Positions 10,895 to 23,705 of a stretch of 64,000 nt of DNA are shown in pieces. Location: positions 34,274,388-34,338,387 of the forward strand of contig NC_092670.1 of NCBI RefSeq assembly GCF_964355755.1, given 5' to 3'. Position numbers and translations under genes: made by a program. The DNA is from Antedon mediterranea. Taxonomy: Eukaryota > Animalia > Echinodermata. The notes below the pieces were generated by a model. It searched no databases. It saw nothing but the letters and a program-made list of their open reading frames with translations, and was not told the origin of the DNA. How positions within the stretch are numbered: position 1 is the first letter of the stretch; every line of letters begins with the position of its first letter.

Positions 10895-12415
10895 GCCTAG
10901 CCGGCGCTAGTTCTGTTTCGCACCTGTTTTTATTTCGACTTCCTTTTGACTCCAAATTGTTAAAGCCCCATTCCCTACGTTTTTTAGATCTAATTTAAGA
11001 TCACAAACTATATTTAATGTAAAAATAATACTATATGGTCCTATTGCGATAACTTTTTTCGTCTTTAAACGGTTAAAAATGTGAAAAATAAGTCGATTTT
11101 AATAATTATAGCGGCCCGCTATAAATCCCAAAATGCATTGCACGCGGATTGATATTTTTGTTTTTCACCTGTAATTCGCCCACTTTTCGATCGATCGTGA
11201 GGCCAAAACAAATGGAAGACTCCTAACTTTTCAGCGAAAATACCGGGTTTTCCCCAATTTGTATCAACGGAGTCTGGCAAAAATAGAAAGACAATTAATG
11301 CAGCAACTATACAACGTCAGGCTAGGTATATAGCTAGCGTACGATGTTCGCACGTTACCGATGTTTACCAACTAGGCCTACAAAACTAAGCCTAGCCAGG
11401 CTAGGCCTAAGACCGTCCACGAGAGGTCGATCGCCGCGAGCTACTTAGGTAGTGCATTGTTTCTCACTTTTTATCATAATTTACCATAAAACGTACATTT
11501 AAGACAAGGAATGACATGGTTTAATGTTTTTAAAGTGATATATATGTATTATTTTCCAAAAAACGTCCAAAATTGCAGGGAAGGGGTCTTTAAGCAACTT
11601 ATTGTGAATACCACACCTTAAAATTGGGCCTCATAAGTACTTTTATGAAGAAGAATCACATAAAAAGTAACAAATAAACCATTAAATTGATGATTTTACA
11701 GACATGTTTCTCGCATACCGTTCGCGAATTTAGCATACGTGAAGTTCAATATTTTCGTTTCTATGGAGCGCCAAAAGAGCAACAACAATAGATGGTTAAA
11801 ACCTCAGTGGAATGCGTCTTCTTTTAATGCATTTATTATTGAAATACACGTTTAATTTTAATATATTTTGTCAATAAAAATGCTGTAACATTTTACTACT
11901 AATAATTTGCTGTTTTCAAATAGCAACCAACCCTAGGCCCACGAGTAAAGACTAGGCCTAGGCTAGTACATGTAATATGATGATGAATTTGTCGATTTTC
12001 ATTCCTAAAAGTTCCTGCAAAAACCATGTACAGTATCAGCAGTAATATTTTTGTTGCATTGACATTGACAAAATATGATAAAATTGAACGTAATTTTCAC
12101 CAATAAATGCATTAAATATACGCAATTTACTGAGTTTTTAGCCCTCTATTATGATTGCTCTTTTGGCGCTCCATAGAAACAACAACATTGAACATGGAGT
12201 ACATGCGAAATTCACGAACCGATGTGCGAGAAACACGTCTCACGGTCTGTAAATTCATCAATTTAAAGGATTTATTTTTTACTTTTTGTGTGATCTCCTT
12301 CGTAAAAGTATTTTGAGGCCTAATTCTAAGGTGTGGTACTCACGATAAAGTTACTTAACCAATGTTGAGTCGAAATAAACGACAGGTGCGAAACGGAACT
12401 AGCGCCGCCTAGCCT
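10895..12415. mobile_element. Foldback (long inverted repeat) element, ~370-bp arms, left arm split by Kolobok-like copy 2
   Basis: 10895-10963 plus 11590-11890 is the diverged reverse complement of ~12050-12415 (e.g. GTTTCTATGGAGCGCCAAAAGAGCAA / TTGCTCTTTTGGCGCTCCATAGAAAC). Confidence 0.8.
10964..11589 (-). mobile_element. Kolobok-like family A, copy 2 (626 bp)
   Basis: Near-identical reverse complement of 3644-4269; TTAA both sides. Confidence 0.8.
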
Positions 12416-13796
12416 ACTAGGCCTAGCCTAAGGTAGGCCTAGCCTAGGCTAGCCTAGGTAGCGACTAGCAAAACCGCTAGAGGGCAGCAGACATCTTTAG
12501 GGAATAGACAAGTGTGACCCTTAACCTGTTAAAAAGGGGTCAACTTGCGCATGAATTTACGAACTCTGATTGGCTATTCAGAAAAAACGAATGACTGTAC
12601 GATCTTTTCCGGAAAATTCCGATGAAAAATTTGAAATTCCTTTGCCCACATGTCTTCGCGATGACATTTTATTTTGGGCTCGAAATGTTAGTAAAATCAG
12701 AAAAAATCGAAAACATGCCTAATATTTTGGGATTTTGCTTATATATTTTAGATATATTTATATTTTAACAGTGTACGCCTTTGGTTTTACATAAATATCA
12801 CCTATATTGGATCACAAAAGGTTTTTAATCACCTGATGCTAGGTGAGTAAGCAATTCTAGGCCGCGAAGTGCCTGATGACGTCATCACACAGCCTGGCTG
12901 AGGTGGGGGTATTCCTCCGGGATATTCGCGCAGTCCGGGGAGAGGGTAAACATAAAATAAGTACTTTCTATCTTATTTTTGTGATTTTGACACAATTTCC
13001 AAACAAAATGTGGTACTATTACTATGCAAATATATATTTGTCACCATCAACTTTCTAATTAAAAATATGTTCATAAAATGTATTTATATGTGTTTTAGTA
13101 GTATTTTCACCCAGTGACTATTTGTGTACAAGGTCACAAACGCGGGGTGGGGATTCCTATGTAAACAAAGGATAGTGATGGTGCCAAATTTTTACACCTT
13201 ATTTTATTCATAACTTTCGAAATACTCAATCAATTTTGTTGATTTAAAGTTTAAAATGCTTACGATTATATACTCTTTCAAACTGAACACTATTCAAATG
13301 CAGAAAGATAAATTGAAAAATACATGCCAGTCCCTAGCCTAGGCCTAGGCCTATAGGCCTAGCCTAGGCCTACTCAATTTCTACAAAAAGTAATAAACCT
13401 ATTTTTATTTTTGCTAATAAAAGTTTACACAAAAAATTAAAACAATGAAGGCTTTCCGTTTGAACTGATCAATTCTTCGAATGCTGTGTTAAAACTGTTT
13501 AATAAACCATAACTTACCAATCCAATTCATAGAAGTCGCCATCTTTATATTCGCTGAGACTGATGGGAATGAGGTCATCGGGTCACATATACACCTTACA
13601 CCACCACCAATTCACACTTACTACGCATGCTCAGTTGTCATGTTTCTATGGTTATCAAAAAATCAGTACAAAAAGTAATAAACCTATTTTTGCTAATAAA
13701 AGTTTACACAAAAAATTAAAACAATGAAGGCTTTCCGTTTGAACTGATCAATTCTTCGAATGCTGTGTTAAAACTGTTTAATAAACCATAACTTAC

Positions 13797-13821
13797 CAAT
13801 CCAATTCATAGAAGTCGCCAT
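13797..13821 (-). CDS. Candidate first coding exon (MATSMNWI-G) of a gene divergent from DNALI1; duplicated at 13518-13542
   Basis: Minus strand AAGATGGCGACTTCTATGAATTGGATTG|GTAAGT: strong start context and consensus donor. No downstream exon identified in the window. Confidence 0.5.
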
Positions 13822-13922
13822 CTTTATATTCGCTGAGACTGATGGGAATGAGGTCATCGGGTCACATATACACACCTTACACCACCACCAATTCACACTT
13901 ACTACGCATGCTCAGTTGTCAT

Positions 13923-13937
13923 GTTTCTATGGTTATC
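13923..13937. promoter_or_regulatory. RFX X-box-like motif upstream of DNALI1 (also at ~13642)
   Basis: GTTTCTATGGTTATC resembles GTTNCCATGGNAAC, ~100 bp upstream of a motile-cilia gene ATG. Confidence 0.4.
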
Positions 13938-14030
13938 AAAAAATAAGTAGGGGTTTTGTGCAGTAGAAGTAAGTGTAGTAATCGAAAACAAGTGTAATTT
14001 TTCACATTTGTAGAGATTTTCTGACTTAAA

Positions 14031-17000
14031 ATGATTCCACCAAATACATCCCTTGTTAAATATGATAACCCGGTGCTGGTAAGCCGTAATCCAGAAAAGA
14101 AAACACCAAGGGTAAGTTCCGGCATTGCCATTTGAAATTTTGATGATGATGATGATGAGTGAATGAGCTGTGTGTGTGTGACAGTGAGCCTGCCCTGGCG
14201 CTGACTGATCACTGACTGTACTCTGAGAGAGTCCAAACAGACAGTAGGCTAGGCTGGGTCCAATAAGATTAAGTATTAGGTAGGCCTACACCTGAGTTGG
14301 ATAGCCCAGGGAAAAATTTTATTTCGAAATTCTGGGCGCTACTGCAGTTTCGCACCACACTGTTAATCTTCGATTTCTCACCTACTTTTTTCTCACAGTC
14401 ACACTCACATCATACAATTTTGGGCCATTATGTAACATAGGCCTATGTTTTACTTTATGTTTTTATTTTTAAACTGCAGTGTGGTTTTATAAAGAATTTT
14501 CTTTGATAGGCCCTATTTATTAATATGAATATGAATAATAATAATAGTAATGAAATATTAATTTAACCTCTATTACGCCAGCTGAAAACATTTCTATTTC
14601 AAAAGTAAATACATGAATATTATGTTGTGAGTGTGAAAAAGGAAAGTTTAGTTGAGAAATCGAAGATATAACGGTTTGTTGCGAAACTGCACATGAGGAA
14701 ACTTTCCCTCTTACCAAATTTCCAACTTTTGAACCAGGTTTTGCCTGACCTTGATAGTGACAGCCTTAATGACTTTACTCAGCATGTGACCCCATTAAAT
14801 GCTAAATGGATTAAAGCATGTAAGCTATCTAGGTATTTCCTGTGAACTTTTTTACTGAACATTAAAAAAAAGGCAGCAACCAAAACACTCAACAAAATAG
14901 AACTGAAACGAATATAAAGTAACAAAATCCAAATATTTATTCATTTATATAACAACATATTTATAATATATATATATAGGACGAAACGACTTCTCACGAT
15001 CGGTATAGGCTTGGCCGGGCTTATTGCTAGGCTAAGGTCGATTGTAATTAAGTACTCAATCCATCATATCGTAGCCTACGAAAATCTAACGAAGATACAT
15101 GGCAGTCCATACGTGGAACTCCTAGGCTAAATATCGGATTAACTGTAACAAAATGTGTTAAATAAGGTTTTATTTACATACTCGAGCGAGTGACTTCCAT
15201 GACATAATACCACTACTAGGCCTAGGCCCGGCCTAAAATATTCATTTTTTTTATATGAATGCTTCGCCTCATCTTGGCTTTCTTCGGCATTATTTTCAAA
15301 ATACTGTACACATGTTTGATGGAAAGCCCACATCACACGTGTTTTGTCGCGACAATTGTTTTGTTTTTGTACGAACATAATACCTACGCTACAATAAAGT
15401 AGTTATGTATATACTGTAAACAAAATTAATTGTTCGATTTTATATTTTAATACATCTTAAATAAAGGCAAAGGTATTAAAAACTACATACAGTATTGTTT
15501 TTAAAGACATTTTATTATTAATATTAATACATGATAATTCAAAAACAAATCACTGTACCACGCTTGTAAAATATTCATACGCCAAGACCTCGTGTGTCGT
15601 CTCTCTGGCCGGCTCGATTTTCTCCACAGCCTGGAAATTGTGATTTTTCAACGAATTCTAACTTCGCGTAGAATTAATCAATTTTTACGATTTGAAATTG
15701 CTGATATATCACTTTTTCTTTTTATTCATGGTTAAACAAATGATATTACTATTATTTTATAGAAAAACACATTTTCAAACATTCAGTCACTTCATTTGAC
15801 CATGAGAGAGTAATTTGATCGGACACATTTCCCAGTGATTTATTGACACTTCGTAAGGTCGCGCGGCCTAGTCTTTTGATGTGTAATGCGATTAGATCGA
15901 TTAGACTCAGGCAAAACCTGGTTTCAGTACCCGTCTAAAGCATCATTTGACGGGTAGAGTGGTAAGAGGGAAAGTTTCGGCATGAGTAGCGCCAAAATGG
16001 GTAGCAAAAAGGTTGTTTTGTATAGCTTTTTGCTATGGTACACTGGCGAAATTATTCCCCGAGTGGTTAGGACACTTGACTGTCATACAGATAGACCCGG
16101 GTTCAATTCCCGACAACTCCCAGTCCACTCAGCTGTAAATGAGTACCTGGTTGAAAATACTACTAGGCCTAGTACTACTAGGCTTAGTAGTACGTAGTAC
16201 TAGGGAGAAAAAAGGCGGCGTGGAAAGGAACTGGCCACCCTACCACATAATGCCGAGGCTTAGTACAATGAGCTCCTAACAGCTCATTCCCCTACGTTCA
16301 GAATGAATACGGGACTCGCCTTTACCCTTTAAACCTGAGTGAGGGGAGGCCTAGGCCTAGTAGGCTGGTAGGTAGAATATGCTAAAATTAAATAGGCAAA
16401 AGGAATCTTGAAAATAAAGAAAAAGAAGGCCTACAACTGTAATGTGAATTTTAGAGGACGTCAATCTGATGGACCTTCATCATCATGCAAAACAAATACA
16501 CTCATTGTTCATTCAGTGTTTAAATTAATGAAATCTATTTTACACCTTTAGTTACCATAGCCTATATCATAGTCTAACCATATATTTCCAGGCAAGAGCT
16601 CTGAAGACCAGCTCTCCACCACCTAATACTAGCAATGGTGGTCCTGTACCAAGTCCACCTCCAAAAGGCGGAAGTAAACTGCCTCCAATGGATGCCCAGA
16701 AGGCACAACAAACGGACGAAATACTTAATTCCATCCTACCGCCTAGGTAAATATGAAAACAATAGTTAAATTGAAAACTTCTTACGTCATGTTTGTTTAA
16801 TTTGTTGACTTGTATTATATTTTGTAAAATGTATCTTTTGCCTGAATAAATAATAATAATAACTGCTAAAATTCTGTTTTTTCTTGTTTAATGTCCTACA
16901 AATACCTAACTTCATTCTTCATAATTTTTAGAGAGTGGACAGAAAATGGTCAACTGTGGGTTCAACAGGTGTCCAGTACACCAGCCACCCGACTTGATGT

Positions 17001-18714
17001 GGTCAATCTTCAAGAACAGCTTGATATGAGGTTACAACAACGACAAGCAAGGGAAACAGGCATTTGTCCCGTCAGGAGAGAACTTTACTCACAATGTTTT
17101 GGTAAATACTATCAAAGAATTATATAACATAAATATGCACAAAATAGACTATTGATTGTGCTATTTTATAATAATTTAAAGATGTATTGTCCCCCTGAAA
17201 AAATAATTTGTGAATATTTCATTTTAATGTAACACAATAGTTATCCACCCTGACCAAAAATTGGATCGAAAAAAATTTTATTTACCTGAAAAAAATGTAA
17301 TTTAAAGCAAAAAATGGTCAAATTGGCTTCCAGCCAATGGATTTTTGGTTGAATTTAACCATTTATTTTGTCATTTTACAAGTGAAAACATTTTTTTTTT
17401 TCGTTTTTTTTTTCTATTCAGGTCTAGAAATTGTTTCCAATGTTAAAATTCAATTTATTAATTTTGATAATGATTTATAGGTAATTCAATCTTGGATGTT
17501 TTTTTTTCTTGATGTTTTTTTTAGATGAATTGATTAGACAGGTGACAATTAATTGTGCAGAACGAGGTCTTCTTTTGCTGCGGGTAAGAGATGAAATCCG
17601 CATGACAATTGCCGCTTATCAGACATTGTATGAAAGCAGTGTAGCATTTGGTATGAGAAAAGCTCTGCAGGCTGAACAAGGCAAGGCAGACATGGAGAAA
17701 AAGGTACAGGAAAACCAGAATAAAAAGAAGTCTTAATTGGTTGTCTTCTAACACTAACCTTCATCCCGTGTGATAGTATAATAATAAGAGATTATTTAAG
17801 GGGTTAGGTTAAGTAATATTTAGAGTTTGATGTGATAGTATGGGCTTCGATAAATTTAGCCGATAGACTGCAAGTTGAAAGTTAAGCATGTAAATTAATC
17901 ATCTCATATTGTAGGGTACCCCTTTTCTCATTTATTATGTATTATTTTAGCAATTTACTTTTGTTTTTATTTGAGAAATAACATTTATAATGATTAATGA
18001 TTGATCACAGGACGTAGACTTATCGTTAAACGACAATTCTTTCTTTTCAATAAAATCTTATAATAATATGAATCGTTTTTTATATTTTTTTACTAGATAC
18101 AAGAACTAGAACAAGACAAACGAGATCTTGAACGTGGCGTTAACGAATTGAAGGCTAAATGCGATGCTATTGAAAAAAGAGAAGCCGAACGAAGACAGGT
18201 TGAAGAAAAGAAACACTCGGAAGAGATTCAATTCCTTAAAAGGACAAACCAACAATTAAAGGTACACTCACATTTAACTATTTTTATATTTCCATATTTT
18301 GTCAGGTTTTTTTTTTAAAATGACAGCAGTGCACTAAAAAAAAAAACTCTTCCAAATCCAGAAACCGATACATTGACCCAGAATGTACTGAAAAGTCAGT
18401 GGTCATATTCACCAATCACACTTAAATTAAACATTTCCCTTAAATAGCATTAATAAGGATTAAGTAGTATTCATTTATAGAATTTGCAGAATTGTTTTAT
18501 TATAACTGTGTTTTCCTTAGGATCATTGTAAATAAGGAATTTTGAATAGTATAAACACATTTTGTGGCATTCCAGTTTTTAGAAGAGTTAACTATATATT
18601 TTTTAATTTATTGTTTAATTATTTTGTGACTACAGTAATATATATTTTATTTTACATTATACTTTTATTTAACAGACCCAATTGGAAGGAATCATTGCAC
18701 CCAGTAAGAAATAG
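14031..18714 (+). CDS. DNALI1: Axonemal dynein light intermediate chain 1 (p28), 262 aa
   Basis: Exons 14031-14111, 16592-16746, 16932-17101, 17525-17703, 18097-18261, 18676-18714. MIPPNTSLVKYDNPVLVSRN...ILNSILPPREW...QARETGICPVRRELYSQCFDELIRQVTINCAERGLLLLRVRDE...LKRTNQQLKTQLEGIIAPSKK*. Confidence 0.97.
14692..15984. mobile_element. Old ~1.3-kb element bounded by inverted repeats in DNALI1 intron 1
   Basis: GAAACTTTCCCTCTTACCA...AACCAGGTTTTGCCTGA (14698-14748) inverted at 15906-15979. Confidence 0.55.
16055..16332 (+). mobile_element. tRNA-derived SINE
   Basis: A-box remnant CCGAGTGGTTAGG, B-box GGTTCAATTCCC, central CCAGTCCACTCAGCTGTAAATGAGTACC, tail CCTTTACCCTTTA. Confidence 0.7.
17180..17450 (+). 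mobile_element. Kolobok-like family B (related copies ~20200-20330, ~48360-48710, ~53605-53900, 61486-61703)
   Basis: Shared start TTAA-AGAT(G/A)TATTGTCCCCCTGAAAAAATAA and shared internal motifs (TTTAAAGCAAAAAAT, TTTTGGTTGAA). Right boundary approximate. Confidence 0.6.
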
Positions 18715-19281
18715 AATCCACTGCCTCCAGACTTACAACGAAAAACGAATGTACAGCATTTCTTTGTAAATAAAAGATCAGAGCAGACGTCCATTATTAC
18801 TACATTCCAGTTTCATATCCAGTTGGATCAGACAAGATAATAGGATCCAAATATGGTTATAATTTAACCAAAATCAAATGGTATTCTGAACTTTTGAAAA
18901 CCAAAATGATTGTAATTTTTGGAATCAATTAATTGATAAACTTGTATAAAATATCTTTAATTAGTATAATTGCCTTATAGTTCATACATATTAAATTAAT
19001 TGGTAAATACCATAGAAGTATATAAATATGTATGTGAAAACTATATATTTTATTTATTCAGTGTTTTATTCTCTTGTGGAGAAACATTTTTCGGTCCATT
19101 AATAATGATTGAATTTCTACACCTTGCACTGTTTGCAAATATTGATGTACAGTAACTATTTTGGTGAATAATCTATGTTTTGATCTTAATAAAACCAATT
19201 GAAAGAATAATATTTGTTTATAAAGTTGTGTTCCTTCCACATAAAGTACGCACTGACTTGAGTATAATCCCACCTGTATAA

Positions 19282-19443
19282 AGCTCTGTCTACACTATCA
19301 AACTAGTTTGAAAAAAAGTGTGATGTGCCCAAATAATATGGTAGTGATATGCTCAAATACGGTAGTGATATGACATCATCATGTTCATATAAGGGCACAT
19401 CACATATTTTTGTCGCATAAAGTTTGATAGTGTAGACAGAGCT
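19282..19443. mobile_element. Harbinger/Tourist-like MITE family H1 (~140-165 bp); other copies ~19635-19756, 21460-22047 (interrupted), 25719-25857, 26075-26155, 29158-29290, 29530-29687, 37866-38018, 60958-61011, 61250-61451
   Basis: TIR AGCTCTGTCTACACTATCAAACT / AGTTTGATAGTGTAGACAGAGCT; TAA/TTA flanks (perfect TTA TSD at 37863 and 38019). Confidence 0.85.
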
Positions 19444-21724
19444 TTCTTTCCTCCATGATATGCTCAGCACATTGTGGTGCTTAACCGTGAAGAAGGCATG
19501 TATGCAAATTCATGTATCTGATTGGAGTGGCCAAGTTCCATGCACCCTCTCATAGTGAATCAATTGTTGAACAATTATCAAGACAAGTTTCTTTGGTTCG
19601 AGTCCTTTTAATAAAAATATTCTGAAAACCTGACTGACACTATCAAATTTTATGCGACAAAAAAATGTGATGTACCCATATTATATAGACACAGTGAATA
19701 TATTTGGGCACATCACACATTTTTGTCAAACTAGTTTGATAACTGTAGACAGAGCTTTGGCAACAAATACACAAACAACACAAATAAAAACTGAATCAGT
19801 CAATTTATTGTTCATTAACTTAAGTCATCAATAAATTTCATTTAATTATATTTTATTCAGTATCTACAATTCAAAAATATAGTTGAATATATAGTAGTTT
19901 AACATCATATCTTAAAACTGTTCACTGTTAACTGAAAAGAAAAAAAAACTGATAAAAATTAAAAACGAAAAAAAAAAGATAACAGATAAAACGCCAACAC
20001 TAGCAAAAGAGTTTAAACATGCCTGGTCGCAAACCAGTGTGTATAAACTTGGTGATATGATAGGTGCATGTTGAGCTTAGAAGCTTCTCTTCTCGCACAT
20101 ATAACGTTTTGTAACGCTTTGTGAGTGAAATGAGGTACATGAACACAATTACAGATTAGAACTTGATAACAAAAAAACATAAATAATATCTATAATTTTA
20201 ATTTAAAAAAAGAATGTTTTCACTTATAAAAATACAAAATAAATGGTTAAATTCAACTGCCAGTCAATAATGTTTTTGATTACATTTTTTGTCAAAATAA
20301 AAAAATATTTTTTCAGGGGGACAATATATCTTTAATAGTTTACTTAGTTTTTGTTAAAAACCTCACTAGTGGTTCGAAAATTTCAAATGGGTATAAAACT
20401 GAAAACTTGTATAAATAATAGTAGTTATAAACAAAAAGACAAACTACTGTGTGTGTGTATGTTTCAAATAAAATAAGCAAAAAGTTAAATCATTTAAAAC
20501 GGACAGAAAGTTCTACTCCACTTAAATACAGAATAAAATGTTGTTCAATCAAGACTGATTTGTTTGGAAAAATGTATTCAATGATAAATATTACATAAAA
20601 ATTGGACTCTTTATATTATGATCAACTAACCTAAAATATAACAGCATTTTGTGCTATCTGCAGCAAAAAATAAATAATGGAGTCATTCTGGATTACTACA
20701 ATTCACATTTATCCTCATTATGAATAATTAAAATATTAATTACAATTCATATCAATACAATTTATTACAGCATCAACAAGTTGTGGATGGCGCCACGGAG
20801 TGACATTAGCATGACTACACCCATTACACATCTGAACTGGATTCTGTGTTTTCACGAAGATACACTAATGATTACCTTTAACATACAAAACAATTGCTCT
20901 AACATCTTGAATAAATATTAATGTTTATGACTCTTTTGATTCTCATCAGTAATTTTAGCAATTACGAAATCACTAACCCAAATTATAAATTTGCCCAACA
21001 GAATGTTCTATTTATGCAATGGAACGAATATTTTCATTAGTTGAATATGAAGTTTTTCATCCAACTCATAAAAATATATTCTTATAAATGCATGTATGAT
21101 TGACCAATTGCAAGCATAAACGTGATGCGTAATTACTTACTGAAGTAAGTAAGTGATCCGTAATTAACCAATCAAATGGCAAGAATACAATCAAATGTGT
21201 TATAGAAACCCAGTTTCAATTAACCAATCACACGAAAGTCGTCAGTCATTTCCCTTTAATAAGTACCTTTATTAATTATTATTAACCCTAATTGCAACTT
21301 TAGTAGCAACTCGATACGAACCGACTCTACTGGCCTTAATTAACATAGCATATAACTGTACCACCAACATAACTAAAGTATCTAAGCAAGAATACATGCT
21401 GTAAACATTTTTATTACAATTTGAATAACCAGATCCCTATGGGGCTAAGGTTCATATTCAGTCTACACAATCAAACTTTATGTGACAAACAAATTTGATG
21501 TGCCCATATTATATATGGACATGATGATGTCATATCACTACCGTTCCATATTTAAGTACAGTCAGTATATCACAACCATATTTGAGGGCCCTAAATGATC
21601 AGTTCTATTCGAGGGCCCTAAACAGTTCTATTTGAAACTGGATAGGCTACCCTCAGTAAAGATGATAAAAAATAAATAAATTTGGGCACATCATACTTTT
21701 GATCATCAAACTTGTTTGATAGTG

Positions 21725-22034
21725 TATTTGTTTGTTTTATCTTTATACTGGGTGACCTCTTCAGTCAAAGACTGATCTCCCAGAGGGCCCAGTTGGTGAT
21801 CAGTGGCTGTGATGTACTACTACACCGGGGTAACCCCCTACTCGTCTTGAAAGATGTACTAGGTTCTTTAAAGTGCACACGAGCAAGTTGTGTACACTGG
21901 ACCAACGGTTTATAGTCCTTATCCGAGAAGACTCGTTCTACCACCAGAACCATAGAGTGAGTGAGCCTCGAACCCATGCCGATGTTATGGCTACGTGATT
22001 ACGGTTCCACTGTCTTAACCGCTCGGCCACTCAC
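21725..22034 (-). mobile_element. tRNA-headed SINE with Deu-domain-like core, inserted in an H1 MITE
   Basis: TGGCCGAGCGGTTAAG (A box), GGTTCGAGGC (B box), core GATAAGGACTATAAACCG...TTAAAGAACC...GAGTAGGGGGTTACCCCGGTGT, A-rich tail; splits the MITE TIR GATAGTGT|...|GTAGACAGAGCT. Confidence 0.75.
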
Positions 22035-23532
22035 TGTAGACAGAGCTTTAGACAATGTTTCATATTAGAAAACAATAACAAATTTACTGATTAAATTAAT
22101 TATTAAGGTCAAGGTTCACCACTTGAATAAAAAAACATACAATAATAAAGCTTCATACATTTTAAAATTTGCAAAACATAACATTGAGCAAAATTCTAGA
22201 ATACAGCTATGATTTCAAAAAAAGAATCGGAGTCAGGGGGAAAATGGCAAAAGGCTTCCAACTTTTTATCAGATAATCTGTATTGTTTGACAACTCTTGT
22301 AACATGACCATTTTCACCCTAACTTTTATTATTTCATTCTCTGTCCATGGAGAATAAGGCCTAGATAAATGTTGAAGAACAACTATTCTCCTGGTTGATG
22401 GAATGCTTGTAACATACAAAATAATATTTGTTTTGAATTATGTTATATTTTCTTAAAATCATAGCCATACAACTACTACAAGAACAGATTGGAGCATCCC
22501 TTGCCAAGTGTTATTTATTTATTTTTTACCCAAGCCTTATTACACCTAGGGAGTGATTTTGTCTTAAGCATGGTTCCCACTCATGAAACAATGCAATGTA
22601 GCTACGTATCGATGCAAAGTACTGTATTGCGTAATCATAAGTGGGAACCGATGACGCAACAGTGCTGCAAACATCGCAGGTTGGTTTCACACAGGCGGGG
22701 GCAAACAATTAATGGAAGGGTATTTTTATACATTTTAATTACACTTTGAACCAATTAAAACTCCTGGGTAGAGAGGCAACAACAAAATGCTTGCAATATA
22801 CAACCCTGTCTCTAGTGTTGCTTAATTTAACAAATACAATTTTCTTCTTCAGTTTTGCAAATGACTGTCTGAATTATTTTTAAAGTATAGAATAGAAACC
22901 AATTAAATACCACACACAACATTTGCATGAAAGCTAAAATATACATATATAATTTATTTTTACATAAGTTAAGATTCCTAGTGTATACTCTATCAACACA
23001 TACAAGAGAATGTAACAAAACTAAACACATATTTCATGCATTTAATAAAATTGTAAAATCTGTGTATTAAGTCTTATACTTAATACAGGCTGTACAAAAA
23101 GTGCTTTCACACGACGTAACATTCATCTCAGTGTAACATATATCATATCTTGTATGTGTGAATAGGTATTACACTTAGCATAACATTAAAACTCAGTTTT
23201 TGAGAGAATCTTGCATTTATTTTTGCACTACCTAGAGGCTAAGCCTAAAGAAATTATGTTGCCTAGGCCCAACGACCTGAAATTTCGTAAAATCTAGGTA
23301 CAGTAATTAAGCATTAAGCTTTCTTTAATACCATCATTATACCTCCATGATACCATGCATTATTTAAATTTCTATAGCGCCCTCTATAATGTTACTTTCA
23401 AATTTGCCCTAGTTTTTTAGCAAGACTGCATAATTATTTTTGTCATCAATATAATCACCAAAAAAAAATAATCTGACCTACTGACCATGTTTTTAAAGTG
23501 ATGCTGTGCTTTGGTAACAAAATTTATTTAGG

Positions 23533-23655
23533 CAGTGGCGTAAGGCGGGGGGAAAAGGCCCTGGTTTAGCACTCATAAAGGCTGGATACTTGCATCAGGC
23601 TGCTCATGCTCAGAGGGCCCTTAAACTCTAAGGCCTCATCGCTGTTACGCCACTG
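23533..23655. mobile_element. hAT-like MITE
   Basis: TIR CAGTGGCGTAA / TTACGCCACTG; flanks TATTTAGG / CTTTTAGG (degenerate 8-bp TSD). Confidence 0.65.
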
Positions 23656-23705
23656 CTTTTAGGCTTTTATTAGTAATTAACATACATTTGACACATAAAT
23701 TGTCA

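Larger units (their letters stand above)
13382..13947. repeat. ~280-bp near-perfect tandem duplication of the DNALI1 proximal promoter
   Basis: 13382-13666 repeated at 13667-13947 with a few small indels. Confidence 0.95.

Noticed and set aside
3644-11589. Composite transposon made of two inverted Kolobok-like copies carrying the Ig-like gene
   Set aside because: Each copy has its own TTAA pair and copy 2 sits inside a foldback arm that is continuous across it, so they inserted independently.
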